This document shows positions 15,001 to 30,000 of a stretch of 64,000 bases of DNA, piece by piece. Origin of the DNA: the human T2T-CHM13v2.0 reference genome, Homo sapiens; assembly GCF_009914755.1 (NCBI RefSeq), contig NC_060944.1. One strand, written 5' to 3'. The notes below the pieces were generated by a model. The model ran no database searches, was not told where the DNA came from, and saw nothing but the letters and a program-made list of their open reading frames with translations. Each line of letters begins with the position of its first letter. Within the stretch, counting starts at the first letter, position 1. The translations under genes and the position numbers were made by a program.

Positions 15001-18000
15001 CTCAGAATGCTTCTGCATAGTTTTTATGTGAAGATATTTCCTTCTCCACTATAGGCCTCAAAAGGCTCCAAATATCCACTTGCGGATTCTAAAAAAAGAG
15101 TGTTTCAAAACTGCTGTATCAAAACAAAGATTCAACTCTGTGAGATGAATGCACAGATCGCAAAGAAGTTTCTCAGAATGCTTCTGTGTAGTTTTTATGT
15201 GAAGATATTTGTTTTTCCACAGTAGGCCCCAATGAGCTCCAAATATCCACTTGCAGATTCTACAAAAAGAGTGTTTCAAAACTGCTCAATCAACAGAGAC
15301 ATTCAACTCTGTGAGATGAATGCACCCATCACAAAGAAGTTTCTCAGAATGCTTCTGTGTAGTTTTTGTGTGAAGATATTTCATTTTCCACAGTACGCCT
15401 CAAAGCGCTCCAAATATCCACTCGCAGGTTCTGTAAAAAGAGAGATTCAAAACTGCTGAATCAAAAGATAGGTTCAACACTGTGACTTCAGTGCACAACT
15501 CACAAAGGAGTTTCTCAGAAATCTTCTGTGTAGTTTTTATATGAAGATATCTCCTTCTCCAAAACAGAACTCAAAGCCCTCCAAATATTCACTTCCAGAC
15601 TGTACGGAAAGATTGTGTCAAAACTGCTAAATCAAAACAAAGGTTCAACTCTGTGATGAATGCACTCATCAGAAAGAAGGTTCTCTGAATGCTTCTGTGT
15701 AGTTTCTATTTGAAGATATTTCCTTTTCCACTCTAGGGCGAAATAGGGCTCCAAATATTCACTTGCAGATTCTACGAAAAGAGAGATTCTAAACTGCTCA
15801 ATCAACAGATACGTTCAACAACTTGAGTTGAATGCACACATCACAAATAAGTTTCACAGAATGCTTCTGGGTAGTTTTTATTTGAAGAAATTTCCCTTTC
15901 CACAATAGGCCTCAAATCGCTCTAAATATCCATTTGCAGATTCTACAAAAAGAGTGTTTCAAAACTGCTCAATCAAAAGAAAGGTTCTACTCTGTGAGGT
16001 GAATGCACGCATCACAAAGTGGTTTCTCAGAATGCTTCTGCATAGTTTTTATGTGAAGATATTTCCTTCTCCACCATAGGCCTCAAAAGGCTCCAAATAT
16101 CCACTTGCAGATTCTAAAAAAAGAGTGTTTCAAAACTGCTCAATCCAAAGAAAGGTTCTACTCTGTGAGATGAATGCACACATCACAAAGTAGTTTCTCA
16201 GAATGCTTCTGCATAGTTTTTATGTGAAGATATTTCCTTCTCCACTATAGGCCTCAAAAGGCTCCAAATATCCACTTGCAGATTCTGAAAAAAGAGTGTT
16301 TCAAAACTGCTGTGTCAAAAGAAAGATTCAACTCTGTTAGATGAATGCACAGATCACAAAGAAGTTTCTCAGGATGCTTCTGTGTAGTTTTTATGTGAAG
16401 ATATTTGTTTTTCCACAGTAGGCCCCAATGAGCTACAAATATCCACTCGCAGATTCCGTAAAAAGAGAGATTCAAAACTGCTGAATCAAAAGATAGGTTC
16501 AACACTGTGACTTCAGTGCACACCTCACAAAGAAGTTTCTCAGAATGCTTCTTTGTAGTTTTGATATGAAGATATCTCCTTCTCCAAAATAGATCTCAAA
16601 GCCCTCCAAATATTCACTTCCAGATTCTATGGAAAGAGTCTCAAAACTGCTCAGTCAAAATAAAGGTAGAACTCTGTGAGAAGAATGCACACATCACAAA
16701 GAAGTTTCTCAGAATATATTTGTGTAGTTTTTATTTGAGGATAGTTCCTTTTCTACCATAGGCTGCAAAGGGCTCCAAATATCCACTTGCAGATGGTACA
16801 AAGAGAGAGATTCTAAACTGCTCAATCAAAAGGTAGTTTCAACCCTGTGATATGAATGCACACATCCCAGAGAAGTTTCTCAAAATGCTTCTGTTTAGTT
16901 TTTATTTGAAGATATTTCCTTTTCCACCATACGCCTCAAAGGTCTCCAAATATCCACATGCTGCTTCTACAAAAAGAGAGATTAAAAAATGTTCTATCAA
17001 AATATAGGTTCAACTCTGTGAGTTGAATGCGCACATCACAAAAAGTTTCTCAGAATGCTTCTGTGTAGTTTTTACGTGAAGATATCTCCTTTTCCACAAT
17101 AGGCCTCAAAGCTCTCCAAATATCCGCAAGCAGAGTCTACAAAAAGAGAGATTCAAAACTGCTCAATGAAAAGATAGGTTCAACTCTGTGAGATGAGTGC
17201 ACATCTCACAAAGAAGTTCCTCAGAATGCTTCTGTGTAGTTTTTATGTGAAGATATTTCCTTTTCCAAAATAGACCTCAAAGTCCTCCAAATATCCACTT
17301 CCAGACTCTATAAAAAGGTGTTTCAAAACTACTCAATCAAAAGAAAGGTTCAACTATATGAGATAAATGCACACATCACAAAATGGTTTCTCAGAATGCT
17401 TCTGTGTAGTTTTTATTTGAAGATATTTTCTTTTCCACCATGGGCCACAAAGGGCTACTAAAACCCACTTGCAGATTCTACAAAAAGAGAGATTCAAAAC
17501 GGCTCAATCAAAAGATAGGCTCTCCCCTGTGAATTGAATGCACACATCACAAAGAAGTTTCTCAGAATGTTTCTGTGTAGTTTTTTTTTGAAGATATTTC
17601 CTTTTCCACAATAGGCCTCAAAGCTCTCCAAACATCCATTGCTAATTCTTCAAAAAGATCGCTTCAACACTGCTCTATAAAAAGGAAGTTTCAACTCCAT
17701 TAGATGACTGCACACATCACAAAGAAGTTTCTCAGAATGCCTCTGTGTAGTTTGTATGTGAAGATATTTCCTTTTCCACAGTAGGCCACAAAGGGCTCCA
17801 AATATCTACTTGCAGAATCTTCAAAAAGAGTGTTTCAAAAGTTCTCAATCAAAAGAAAAGTTAAACTCCATGAGATGAATGCATACATCACAAAGAAAGT
17901 TCTGAGAATGCTTCTGTCTTGTTTTTATGTGAAGATATTTGATTCTCTCCTGTAGGCAACAAGGCGCTCCAAATATCCACTTTCAGATACTACAAAAAGA

Positions 18001-21000
18001 GTGTTTTGAAACTGCTCAATCATATGATAGGTTCAACCTTGTGAGATGAATGCCCACATCACAAAGTAGCTTCTCAGAATGTTTTTGTGTAGTTTTTATT
18101 TGAAGATATTTCCTTTTCCACCATAGGCCACAAAGGGCTCCAAACTTCCACTTGCAGATTCTACAAAAAGAGAGATTCAAAGCTGTTCAATCAAAAGATA
18201 GTTTCAACTCTGCGTGTTGAATGCACAAATCACAAAGTAGTTTCTCTGAATGCTTCTGTGTTGTGTTTGTTTATGTGAAGATATTTGCTTTTCCACTATA
18301 GGGCAAAATAGGGCTCCAAATATCCACTTGCAGATTCTGCAAAAAGGGAGATTCAAAACTGTACAATCAAAAGATAAGTTCAAATATGTGAGTTGAATGC
18401 ACACAAAACAAAGAAGTTTCTCAGAATACCTCTGTGTAGTTTTTAGGTGAATATATTTGATTTTCCACAGTAGGCCTCAAAGGGCTCCAAATATCCACTT
18501 TCAGATTCTGAAATAAGAAAGATTCAAAACTGCTCAATCAAACGATAGGTTCAAATCTGTGAGTTGAATGCACACCTCACAAAGAAGTTTCTCATAAAGT
18601 TTCTGTGTAGTTTTTATGTGAAGATATCTCCTTCTCCAAAATAGGCCCCAATGACCTCCAAATATGCACTTCCAGATTCCATGACAATAGTGCTTCAAAA
18701 CTGCTCAATCCAAAGAAATGTTCAACACTGTGTGATGAATGCACTCATCACAAAGAAGTTTCTCTGAATGCTTCTGTGTATTTTGTATTTGAAGATATTT
18801 CCTCTTCCACCATAGGGCTCATAGGGCTCCAAATATCCACTTGCAGATTCTACAAAAAGAGTATTCCAAAACTGCTCAATCAAAAGAAACGTCTAAAACT
18901 GTGAGATGAATGCACACATCACAAAGTAGTTTCTCAGAATGCTTCAGTGTAGTTTTTATGTGAAGACATTAGCTTGTCCACGGAAGGTCTCAAAGCGCTC
19001 CAAATATCCACTTGCAGATTCTACAAAATGAGTGTTTCAAAACTGCTCAATCATTAGATAGGTTCAACCCTGTGAGATGAATGCACACATAACAAAGAAG
19101 TTTTTCAGAATGCTTCTATGTAGTTTTTATTTGAAGGTATTTCCTTTACCACCATAGGTTGCAAGGGGCTCCAAATATCCACTTGCAGATTCTACAAAAA
19201 GAGAGATTCTAAACTGCTCAATCAACAGATACCTTCAACAATGTGAGATGAATGCACACATCACAAATAAGTTTCACAGAATGCTTCTGGGTAGTTTTTA
19301 TGTGAAGAAATTTCCCTTTCCACAATAGGCCTCAAAACGCTCTAAATATCCACTTGCAGATTCTAAAAAAAGAGTGTTTCAAAACTGCTCAATCCAAAGA
19401 AAGGTTCTACTGTATGAGATGAATGCACACATCACAAAGTACTTTCTCAGAATGCTTCTGCATAGTTTTTATGTGAAGATATTTCCTTCTCCACTATAGG
19501 CCTCAAAAGGCTCCAAATATCCACTTGCGGATTCTAAAAAAAGAGTGTTTCAAAACTGCTGTATCAAAACAAAGATTCAACTCTGTGAGATGAATGCACA
19601 GATCGCAAAGAAGTTTCTCAGAATGCTTCTGTGTAGTTTTTATGTGAAGATATTTGTTTTTCCACAGTAGGCCCCAATGAGCTCCAAATATCCACTTGCA
19701 GATTCTACAAAAAGAGTGTTTCAAAACTGCTCAATCAACAGAGACATTCAACTCTGTGAGATGAATGCACCCATCACAAAGAAGTTTCTCAGAATGCTTC
19801 TGTGTAGTTTTTGTGTGAAGATATTTCATTTTCCACAGTACGCCTCAAAGCGCTCCAAATATCCACTCGCAGGTTCTGTAAAAAGAGAGATTCAAAACTG
19901 CTGAATCAAAAGATAGGTTCAACACTGTGACTTCAGTGCACAACTCACAAAGGAGTTTCTCAGAAATCTTCTGTGTAGTTTTTATATGAAGATATCTCCT
20001 TCTCCAAAACAGAACTCAAAGCCCTCCAAATATTCACTTCCAGACTGTACGGAAAGATTGTGTCAAAACTGCTAAATCAAAACAAAGGTTCAACTCTGTG
20101 ATGAATGCACTCATCAGAAAGAAGGTTCTCTGAATGCTTCTGTGTAGTTTCTATTTGAAGATATTTCCTTTTCCACTCTAGGGCGAAATAGGGCTCCAAA
20201 TATTCACTTGCAGATTCTACGAAAAGAGAGATTCTAAACTGCTCAATCAACAGATACGTTCAACAACTTGAGTTGAATGCACACATCACAAATAAGTTTC
20301 ACAGAATGCTTCTGGGTAGTTTTTATTTGAAGAAATTTCCCTTTCCACAATAGGCCTCAAATCGCTCTAAATATCCATTTGCAGATTCTACAAAAAGAGT
20401 GTTTCAAAACTGCTCAATCAAAAGAAAGGTTCTACTCTGTGAGGTGAATGCACGCATCACAAAGTGGTTTCTCAGAATGCTTCTGCATAGTTTTTATGTG
20501 AAGATATTTCCTTCTCCACCATAGGCCTCAAAAGGCTCCAAATATCCACTTGCAGATTCTAAAAAAAGAGTGTTTCAAAACTGCTCAATCCAAAGAAAGG
20601 TTCTACTCTGTGAGATGAATGCACACATCACAAAGTAGTTTCTCAGAATGCTTCTGCATAGTTTTTATGTGAAGATATTTCCTTCTCCACTATAGGCCTC
20701 AAAAGGCTCCAAATATCCACTTGCAGATTCTGAAAAAAGAGTGTTTCAAAACTGCTGTGTCAAAAGAAAGATTCAACTCTGTTAGATGAATGCACAGATC
20801 ACAAAGAAGTTTCTCAGGATGCTTCTGTGTAGTTTTTATGTGAAGATATTTGTTTTTCCACAGTAGGCCCCAATGAGCTACAAATATCCACTCGCAGATT
20901 CCGTAAAAAGAGAGATTCAAAACTGCTGAATCAAAAGATAGGTTCAACACTGTGACTTCAGTGCACACCTCACAAAGAAGTTTCTCAGAATGCTTCTTTG

Positions 21001-24000
21001 TAGTTTTGATATGAAGATATCTCCTTCTCCAAAATAGATCTCAAAGCCCTCCAAATATTCACTTCCAGATTCTATGGAAAGAGTCTCAAAACTGCTCAGT
21101 CAAAATAAAGGTAGAACTCTGTGAGAAGAATGCACACATCACAAAGAAGTTTCTCAGAATATATTTGTGTAGTTTTTATTTGAGGATAGTTCCTTTTCTA
21201 CCATAGGCTGCAAAGGGCTCCAAATATCCACTTGCAGATGGTACAAAGAGAGAGATTCTAAACTGCTCAATCAAAAGGTAGTTTCAACCCTGTGATATGA
21301 ATGCACACATCCCAGAGAAGTTTCTCAAAATGCTTCTGTTTAGTTTTTATTTGAAGATATTTCCTTTTCCACCATACGCCTCAAAGGTCTCCAAATATCC
21401 ACATGCTGCTTCTACAAAAAGAGAGATTAAAAAATGTTCTATCAAAATATAGGTTCAACTCTGTGAGTTGAATGCGCACATCACAAAAAGTTTCTCAGAA
21501 TGCTTCTGTGTAGTTTTTACGTGAAGATATCTCCTTTTCCACAATAGGCCTCAAAGCTCTCCAAATATCCGCAAGCAGAGTCTACAAAAAGAGAGATTCA
21601 AAACTGCTCAATGAAAAGATAGGTTCAACTCTGTGAGATGAGTGCACATCTCACAAAGAAGTTCCTCAGAATGCTTCTGTGTAGTTTTTATGTGAAGATA
21701 TTTCCTTTTCCAAAATAGACCTCAAAGTCCTCCAAATATCCACTTCCAGACTCTATAAAAAGGTGTTTCAAAACTACTCAATCAAAAGAAAGGTTCAACT
21801 ATATGAGATAAATGCACACATCACAAAATGGTTTCTCAGAATGCTTCTGTGTAGTTTTTATTTGAAGATATTTTCTTTTCCACCATGGGCCACAAAGGGC
21901 TACTAAAACCCACTTGCAGATTCTACAAAAAGAGAGATTCAAAACGGCTCAATCAAAAGATAGGCTCTCCCCTGTGAATTGAATGCACACATCACAAAGA
22001 AGTTTCTCAGAATGTTTCTGTGTAGTTTTTTTTTTGAAGATATTTCCTTTTCCACAATAGGCCTCAAAGCTCTCCAAACATCCATTGCTAATTCTTCAAA
22101 AAGATCGCTTCAACACTGCTCTATAAAAAGGAAGTTTCAACTCCATTAGATGACTGCACACATCACAAAGAAGTTTCTCAGAATGCCTCTGTGTAGTTTG
22201 TATGTGAAGATATTTCCTTTTCCACAGTAGGCCACAAAGGGCTCCAAATATCTACTTGCAGAATCTTCAAAAAGAGTGTTTCAAAAGTTCTCAATCAAAA
22301 GAAAAGTTAAACTCCATGAGATGAATGCATACATCACAAAGAAAGTTCTGAGAATGCTTCTGTCTTGTTTTTATGTGAAGATATTTGATTCTCTCCTGTA
22401 GGCAACAAGGCGCTCCAAATATCCACTTTCAGATACTACAAAAAGAGTGTTTTGAAACTGCTCAATCATATGATAGGTTCAACCTTGTGAGATGAATGCC
22501 CACATCACAAAGTAGCTTCTCAGAATGTTTTTGTGTAGTTTTTATTTGAAGATATTTCCTTTTCCACCATAGGCCACAAAGGGCTCCAAACTTCCACTTG
22601 CAGATTCTACAAAAAGAGAGATTCAAAGCTGTTCAATCAAAAGATAGTTTCAACTCTGCGTGTTGAATGCACAAATCACAAAGTAGTTTCTCTGAATGCT
22701 TCTGTGTTGTGTTTGTTTATGTGAAGATATTTGCTTTTCCACTATAGGGCAAAATAGGGCTCCAAATATCCACTTGCAGATTCTGCAAAAAGGGAGATTC
22801 AAAACTGTACAATCAAAAGATAAGTTCAAATATGTGAGTTGAATGCACACAAAACAAAGAAGTTTCTCAGAATACCTCTGTGTAGTTTTTAGGTGAATAT
22901 ATTTGATTTTCCACAGTAGGCCTCAAAGGGCTCCAAATATCCACTTTCAGATTCTGAAATAAGAAAGATTCAAAACTGCTCAATCAAACGATAGGTTCAA
23001 ATCTGTGAGTTGAATGCACACCTCACAAAGAAGTTTCTCATAAAGTTTCTGTGTAGTTTTTATGTGAAGATATCTCCTTCTCCAAAATAGGCCCCAATGA
23101 CCTCCAAATATGCACTTCCAGATTCCATGACAATAGTGCTTCAAAACTGCTCAATCCAAAGAAATGTTCAACACTGTGTGATGAATGCACTCATCACAAA
23201 GAAGTTTCTCTGAATGCTTCTGTGTATTTTGTATTTGAAGATATTTCCTCTTCCACCATAGGGCTCATAGGGCTCCAAATATCCACTTGCAGATTCTACA
23301 AAAAGAGTATTCCAAAACTGCTCAATCAAAAGAAACGTCTAAAACTGTGAGATGAATGCACACATCACAAAGTAGTTTCTCAGAATGCTTCAGTGTAGTT
23401 TTTATGTGAAGACATTAGCTTGTCCACGGAAGGTCTCAAAGCGCTCCAAATATCCACTTGCAGATTCTACAAAATGAGTGTTTCAAAACTGCTCAATCAT
23501 TAGATAGGTTCAACCCTGTGAGATGAATGCACACATAACAAAGAAGTTTTTCAGAATGCTTCTATGTAGTTTTTATTTGAAGGTATTTCCTTTACCACCA
23601 TAGGTTGCAAGGGGCTCCAAATATCCACTTGCAGATTCTACAAAAAGAGAGATTCTAAACTGCTCAATCAACAGATACCTTCAACAATGTGAGATGAATG
23701 CACACATCACAAATAAGTTTCACAGAATGCTTCTGGGTAGTTTTTATGTGAAGAAATTTCCCTTTCCACAATAGGCCTCAAAACGCTCTAAATATCCACT
23801 TGCAGATTCTAAAAAAAGAGTGTTTCAAAACTGCTCAATCCAAAGAAAGGTTCTACTGTATGAGATGAATGCACACATCACAAAGTACTTTCTCAGAATG
23901 CTTCTGCATAGTTTTTCTGTGAAGATATTTCCTTCTCCACTATAGGCCTCAAAAGGCTCCAAATATCCACTTGCGGATTCTAAAAAAAGAGTGTTTCAAA

Positions 24001-27000
24001 ACTGCTGTATCAAAACAAAGATTCAACTCTGTGAGATGAATGCACAGATCGCAAAGAAGTTTCTCAGAATGCTTCTGTGTAGTTTTTATGTGAAGATATT
24101 TGTTTTTCCACAGTAGGCCCCAATGAGCTCCAAATATCCACTTGCAGATTCTACAAAAAGAGTGTTTCAAAACTGCTCAATCAACAGAGACATTCAACTC
24201 TGTGAGATGAATGCACCCATCACAAAGAAGTTTCTCAGAATGCTTCTGTGTAGTTTTTGTGTGAAGATATTTCATTTTCCACAGTACGCCTCAAAGCGCT
24301 CCAAATATCCACTCGCAGGTTCTGTAAAAAGAGAGATTCAAAACTGCTGAATCAAAAGATAGGTTCAACACTGTGACTTCAGTGCACAACTCACAAAGGA
24401 GTTTCTCAGAAATCTTCTGTGTAGTTTTTATATGAAGATATCTCCTTCTCCAAAACAGAACTCAAAGCCCTCCAAATATTCACTTCCAGACTGTACGGAA
24501 AGATTGTGTCAAAACTGCTAAATCAAAACAAAGGTTCAACTCTGTGATGAATGCACTCATCAGAAAGAAGGTTCTCTGAATGCTTCTGTGTAGTTTCTAT
24601 TTGAAGATATTTCCTTTTCCACTCTAGGGCGAAATAGGGCTCCAAATATTCACTTGCAGATTCTACGAAAAGAGAGATTCTAAACTGCTCAATCAACAGA
24701 TACGTTCAACAACTTGAGTTGAATGCACACATCACAAATAAGTTTCACAGAATGCTTCTGGGTAGTTTTTATTTGAAGAAATTTCCCTTTCCACAATAGG
24801 CCTCAAATCGCTCTAAATATCCATTTGCAGATTCTACAAAAAGAGTGTTTCAAAACTGCTCAATCAAAAGAAAGGTTCTACTCTGTGAGGTGAATGCACG
24901 CATCACAAAGTGGTTTCTCAGAATGCTTCTGCATAGTTTTTATGTGAAGATATTTCCTTCTCCACCATAGGCCTCAAAAGGCTCCAAATATCCACTTGCA
25001 GATTCTAAAAAAAGAGTGTTTCAAAACTGCTCAATCCAAAGAAAGGTTCTACTCTGTGAGATGAATGCACACATCACAAAGTAGTTTCTCAGAATGCTTC
25101 TGCATAGTTTTTATGTGAAGATATTTCCTTCTCCACTATAGGCCTCAAAAGGCTCCAAATATCCACTTGCAGATTCTGAAAAAAGAGTGTTTCAAAACTG
25201 CTGTGTCAAAAGAAAGATTCAACTCTGTTAGATGAATGCACAGATCACAAAGAAGTTTCTCAGGATGCTTCTGTGTAGTTTTTATGTGAAGATATTTGTT
25301 TTTCCACAGTAGGCCCCAATGAGCTACAAATATCCACTCGCAGATTCCGTAAAAAGAGAGATTCAAAACTGCTGAATCAAAAGATAGGTTCAACACTGTG
25401 ACTTCAGTGCACACCTCACAAAGAAGTTTCTCAGAATGCTTCTTTGTAGTTTTGATATGAAGATATCTCCTTCTCCAAAATAGATCTCAAAGCCCTCCAA
25501 ATATTCACTTCCAGATTCTATGGAAAGAGTCTCAAAACTGCTCGGTCAAAATAAAGGTAGAACTCTGTGAGAAGAATGCACACATCACAAAGAAGTTTCT
25601 CAGAATATATTTGTGTAGTTTTTATTTGAGGATAGTTCCTTTTCTACCATAGGCTGCAAAGGGCTCCAAATATCCACTTGCAGATGGTACAAAGAGAGAG
25701 ATTCTAAACTGCTCAATCAAAAGGTAGTTTCAACCCTGTGATATGAATGCACACATCCCAGAGAAGTTTCTCAAAATGCTTCTGTTTAGTTTTTATTTGA
25801 AGATATTTCCTTTTCCACCATACGCCTCAAAGGTCTCCAAATATCCACATGCTGCTTCTACAAAAAGAGAGATTAAAAAATGTTCTATCAAAATATAGGT
25901 TCAACTCTGTGAGTTGAATGCGCACATCACAAAAAGTTTCTCAGAATGCTTCTGTGTAGTTTTTACGTGAAGATATCTCCTTTTCCACAATAGGCCTCAA
26001 AGCTCTCCAAATATCCGCAAGCAGAGTCTACAAAAAGAGAGATTCAAAACTGCTCAATGAAAAGATAGGTTCAACTCTGTGAGATGAGTGCACATCTCAC
26101 AAAGAAGTTCCTCAGAATGCTTCTGTGTAGTTTTTATGTGAAGATATTTCCTTTTCCAAAATAGACCTCAAAGTCCTCCAAATATCCACTTCCAGACTCT
26201 ATAAAAAGGTGTTTCAAAACTACTCAATCAAAAGAAAGGTTCAACTATATGAGATAAATGCACACATCACAAAATGGTTTCTCAGAATGCTTCTGTGTAG
26301 TTTTTATTTGAAGATATTTTCTTTTCCACCATGGGCCACAAAGGGCTACTAAAACCCACTTGCAGATTCTACAAAAAGAGAGATTCAAAACGGCTCAATC
26401 AAAAGATAGGCTCTCCCCTGTGAATTGAATGCACACATCACAAAGAAGTTTCTCAGAATGTTTCTGTGTAGTTTTTTTTTTGAAGATATTTCCTTTTCCA
26501 CAATAGGCCTCAAAGCTCTCCAAACATCCATTGCTAATTCTTCAAAAAGATCGCTTCAACACTGCTCTATAAAAAGGAAGTTTCAACTCCATTAGATGAC
26601 TGCACACATCACAAAGAAGTTTCTCAGAATGCCTCTGTGTAGTTTGTATGTGAAGATATTTCCTTTTCCACAGTAGGCCACAAAGGGCTCCAAATATCTA
26701 CTTGCAGAATCTTCAAAAAGAGTGTTTCAAAAGTTCTCAATCAAAAGAAAAGTTAAACTCCATGAGATGAATGCATACATCACAAAGAAAGTTCTGAGAA
26801 TGCTTCTGTCTTGTTTTTATGTGAAGATATTTGATTCTCTCCTGTAGGCAACAAGGCGCTCCAAATATCCACTTTCAGATACTACAAAAAGAGTGTTTTG
26901 AAACTGCTCAATCATATGATAGGTTCAACCTTGTGAGATGAATGCCCACATCACAAAGTAGCTTCTCAGAATGTTTTTGTGTAGTTTTTATTTGAAGATA

Positions 27001-30000
27001 TTTCCTTTTCCACCATAGGCCACAAAGGGCTCCAAACTTCCACTTGCAGATTCTACAAAAAGAGAGATTCAAAGCTGTTCAATCAAAAGATAGTTTCAAC
27101 TCTGCGTGTTGAATGCACAAATCACAAAGTAGTTTCTCTGAATGCTTCTGTGTTGTGTTTGTTTATGTGAAGATATTTGCTTTTCCACTATAGGGCAAAA
27201 TAGGGCTCCAAATATCCACTTGCAGATTCTGCAAAAAGGGAGATTCAAAACTGTACAATCAAAAGATAAGTTCAAATATGTGAGTTGAATGCACACAAAA
27301 CAAAGAAGTTTCTCAGAATACCTCTGTGTAGTTTTTAGGTGAATATATTTGATTTTCCACAGTAGGCCTCAAAGGGCTCCAAATATCCACTTTCAGATTC
27401 TGAAATAAGAGAGATTCAAAACTGCTCAATCAAACGATAGGTTCAAATCTGTGAGTTGAATGCACACCTCACAAAGAAGTTTCTCATAAAGTTTCTGTGT
27501 AGTTTTTATGTGAAGATATCTCCTTCTCCAAAATAGGCCTCAATGACCTCCAAATATGCACTTCCAGATTCCATGACAATAGTGCTTCAAAACTGCTCAA
27601 TCCAAAGAAATGTTCAACACTGTGTGATGAATGCACTCATCACAAAGAAGTTTCTCTGAATGCTTCTGTGTATTTTGTATTTGAAGATATTTCCTCTTCC
27701 ACCATAGGGCTCATAGGGCTCCAAATATCCACTTGCAGATTCTACAAAAAGAGTATTCCAAAACTGCTCAATCAAAAGAAACGTCTAAAACTGTGAGATG
27801 AATGCACACATCACAAAGTAGTTTCTCAGAATGCTTCAGTGTAGTTTTTATGTGAAGACATTAGCTTGTCCACGGAAGGTCTCAAAGCGCTCCAAATATC
27901 CACTTGCAGATTCTACAAAATGAGTGTTTCAAAACTGCTCAATCATTAGATAGGTTCAACCCTGTGAGATGAATGCACACATAACAAAGAAGTTTTTCAG
28001 AATGCTTCTATGTAGTTTTTATTTGAAGGTATTTCCTTTACCACCATAGGTTGCAAGGGGCTCCAAATATCCACTTGCAGATTCTACAAAAAGAGAGATT
28101 CTAAACTGCTCAATCAACAGATACCTTCAACAATGTGAGATGAATGCACACATCACAAATAAGTTTCACAGAATGCTTCTGGGTAGTTTTTATGTGAAGA
28201 AATTTCCCTTTCCACAATAGGCCTCAAAACGCTCTAAATATCCACTTGCAGATTCTAAAAAAAGAGTGTTTCAAAACTGCTCAATCCAAAGAAAGGTTCT
28301 ACTGTATGAGATGAATGCACACATCACAAAGTACTTTCTCAGAATGCTTCTGCATAGTTTTTATGTGAAGATATTTCCTTCTCCACTATAGGCCTCAAAA
28401 GGCTCCAAATATCCACTTGCGGATTCTAAAAAAAGAGTGTTTCAAAACTGCTGTATCAAAACAAAGATTCAACTCTGTGAGATGAATGCACAGATCGCAA
28501 AGAAGTTTCTCAGAATGCTTCTGTGTAGTTTTTATGTGAAGATATTTGTTTTTCCACAGTAGGCCCCAATGAGCTCCAAATATCCACTTGCAGATTCTAC
28601 AAAAAGAGTGTTTCAAAACTGCTCAATCAACAGAGACATTCAACTCTGTGAGATGAATGCACCCATCACAAAGAAGTTTCTCAGAATGCTTCTGTGTAGT
28701 TTTTGTGTGAAGATATTTCATTTTCCACAGTACGCCTCAAAGCGCTCCAAATATCCACTCGCAGGTTCTGTAAAAAGAGAGATTCAAAACTGCTGAATCA
28801 AAAGATAGGTTCAACACTGTGACTTCAGTGCACAACTCACAAAGGAGTTTCTCAGAAATCTTCTGTGTAGTTTTTATATGAAGATATCTCCTTCTCCAAA
28901 ACAGAACTCAAAGCCCTCCAAATATTCACTTCCAGACTGTACGGAAAGATTGTGTCAAAACTGCTAAATCAAAACAAAGGTTCAACTCTGTGATGAATGC
29001 ACTCATCAGAAAGAAGGTTCTCTGAATGCTTCTGTGTAGTTTCTATTTGAAGATATTTCCTTTTCCACTCTAGGGCGAAATAGGGCTCCAAATATTCACT
29101 TGCAGATTCTACGAAAAGAGAGATTCTAAACTGCTCAATCAACAGATACGTTCAACAACTTGAGTTGAATGCACACATCACAAATAAGTTTCACAGAATG
29201 CTTCTGGGTAGTTTTTATTTGAAGAAATTTCCCTTTCCACAATAGGCCTCAAATCGCTCTAAATATCCATTTGCAGATTCTACAAAAAGAGTGTTTCAAA
29301 ACTGCTCAATCAAAAGAAAGGTTCTACTCTGTGAGGTGAATGCACGCATCACAAAGTGGTTTCTCAGAATGCTTCTGCATAGTTTTTATGTGAAGATATT
29401 TCCTTCTCCACCATAGGCCTCAAAAGGCTCCAAATATCCACTTGCAGATTCTAAAAAAAGAGTGTTTCAAAACTGCTCAATCCAAAGAAAGGTTCTACTC
29501 TGTGAGATGAATGCACACATCACAAAGTAGTTTCTCAGAATGCTTCTGCATAGTTTTTATGTGAAGATATTTCCTTCTCCACTATAGGCCTCAAAAGGCT
29601 CCAAATATCCACTTGCAGATTCTGAAAAAAGAGTGTTTCAAAACTGCTGTGTCAAAAGAAAGATTCAACTCTGTTAGATGAATGCACAGATCACAAAGAA
29701 GTTTCTCAGGATGCTTCTGTGTAGTTTTTATGTGAAGATATTTGTTTTTCCACAGTAGGCCCCAATGAGCTACAAATATCCACTCGCAGATTCCGTAAAA
29801 AGAGAGATTCAAAACTGCTGAATCAAAAGATAGGTTCAACACTGTGACTTCAGTGCACACCTCACAAAGAAGTTTCTCAGAATGCTTCTTTGTAGTTTTG
29901 ATATGAAGATATCTCCTTCTCCAAAATAGATCTCAAAGCCCTCCAAATATTCACTTCCAGATTCTATGGAAAGAGTCTCAAAACTGCTCAGTCAAAATAA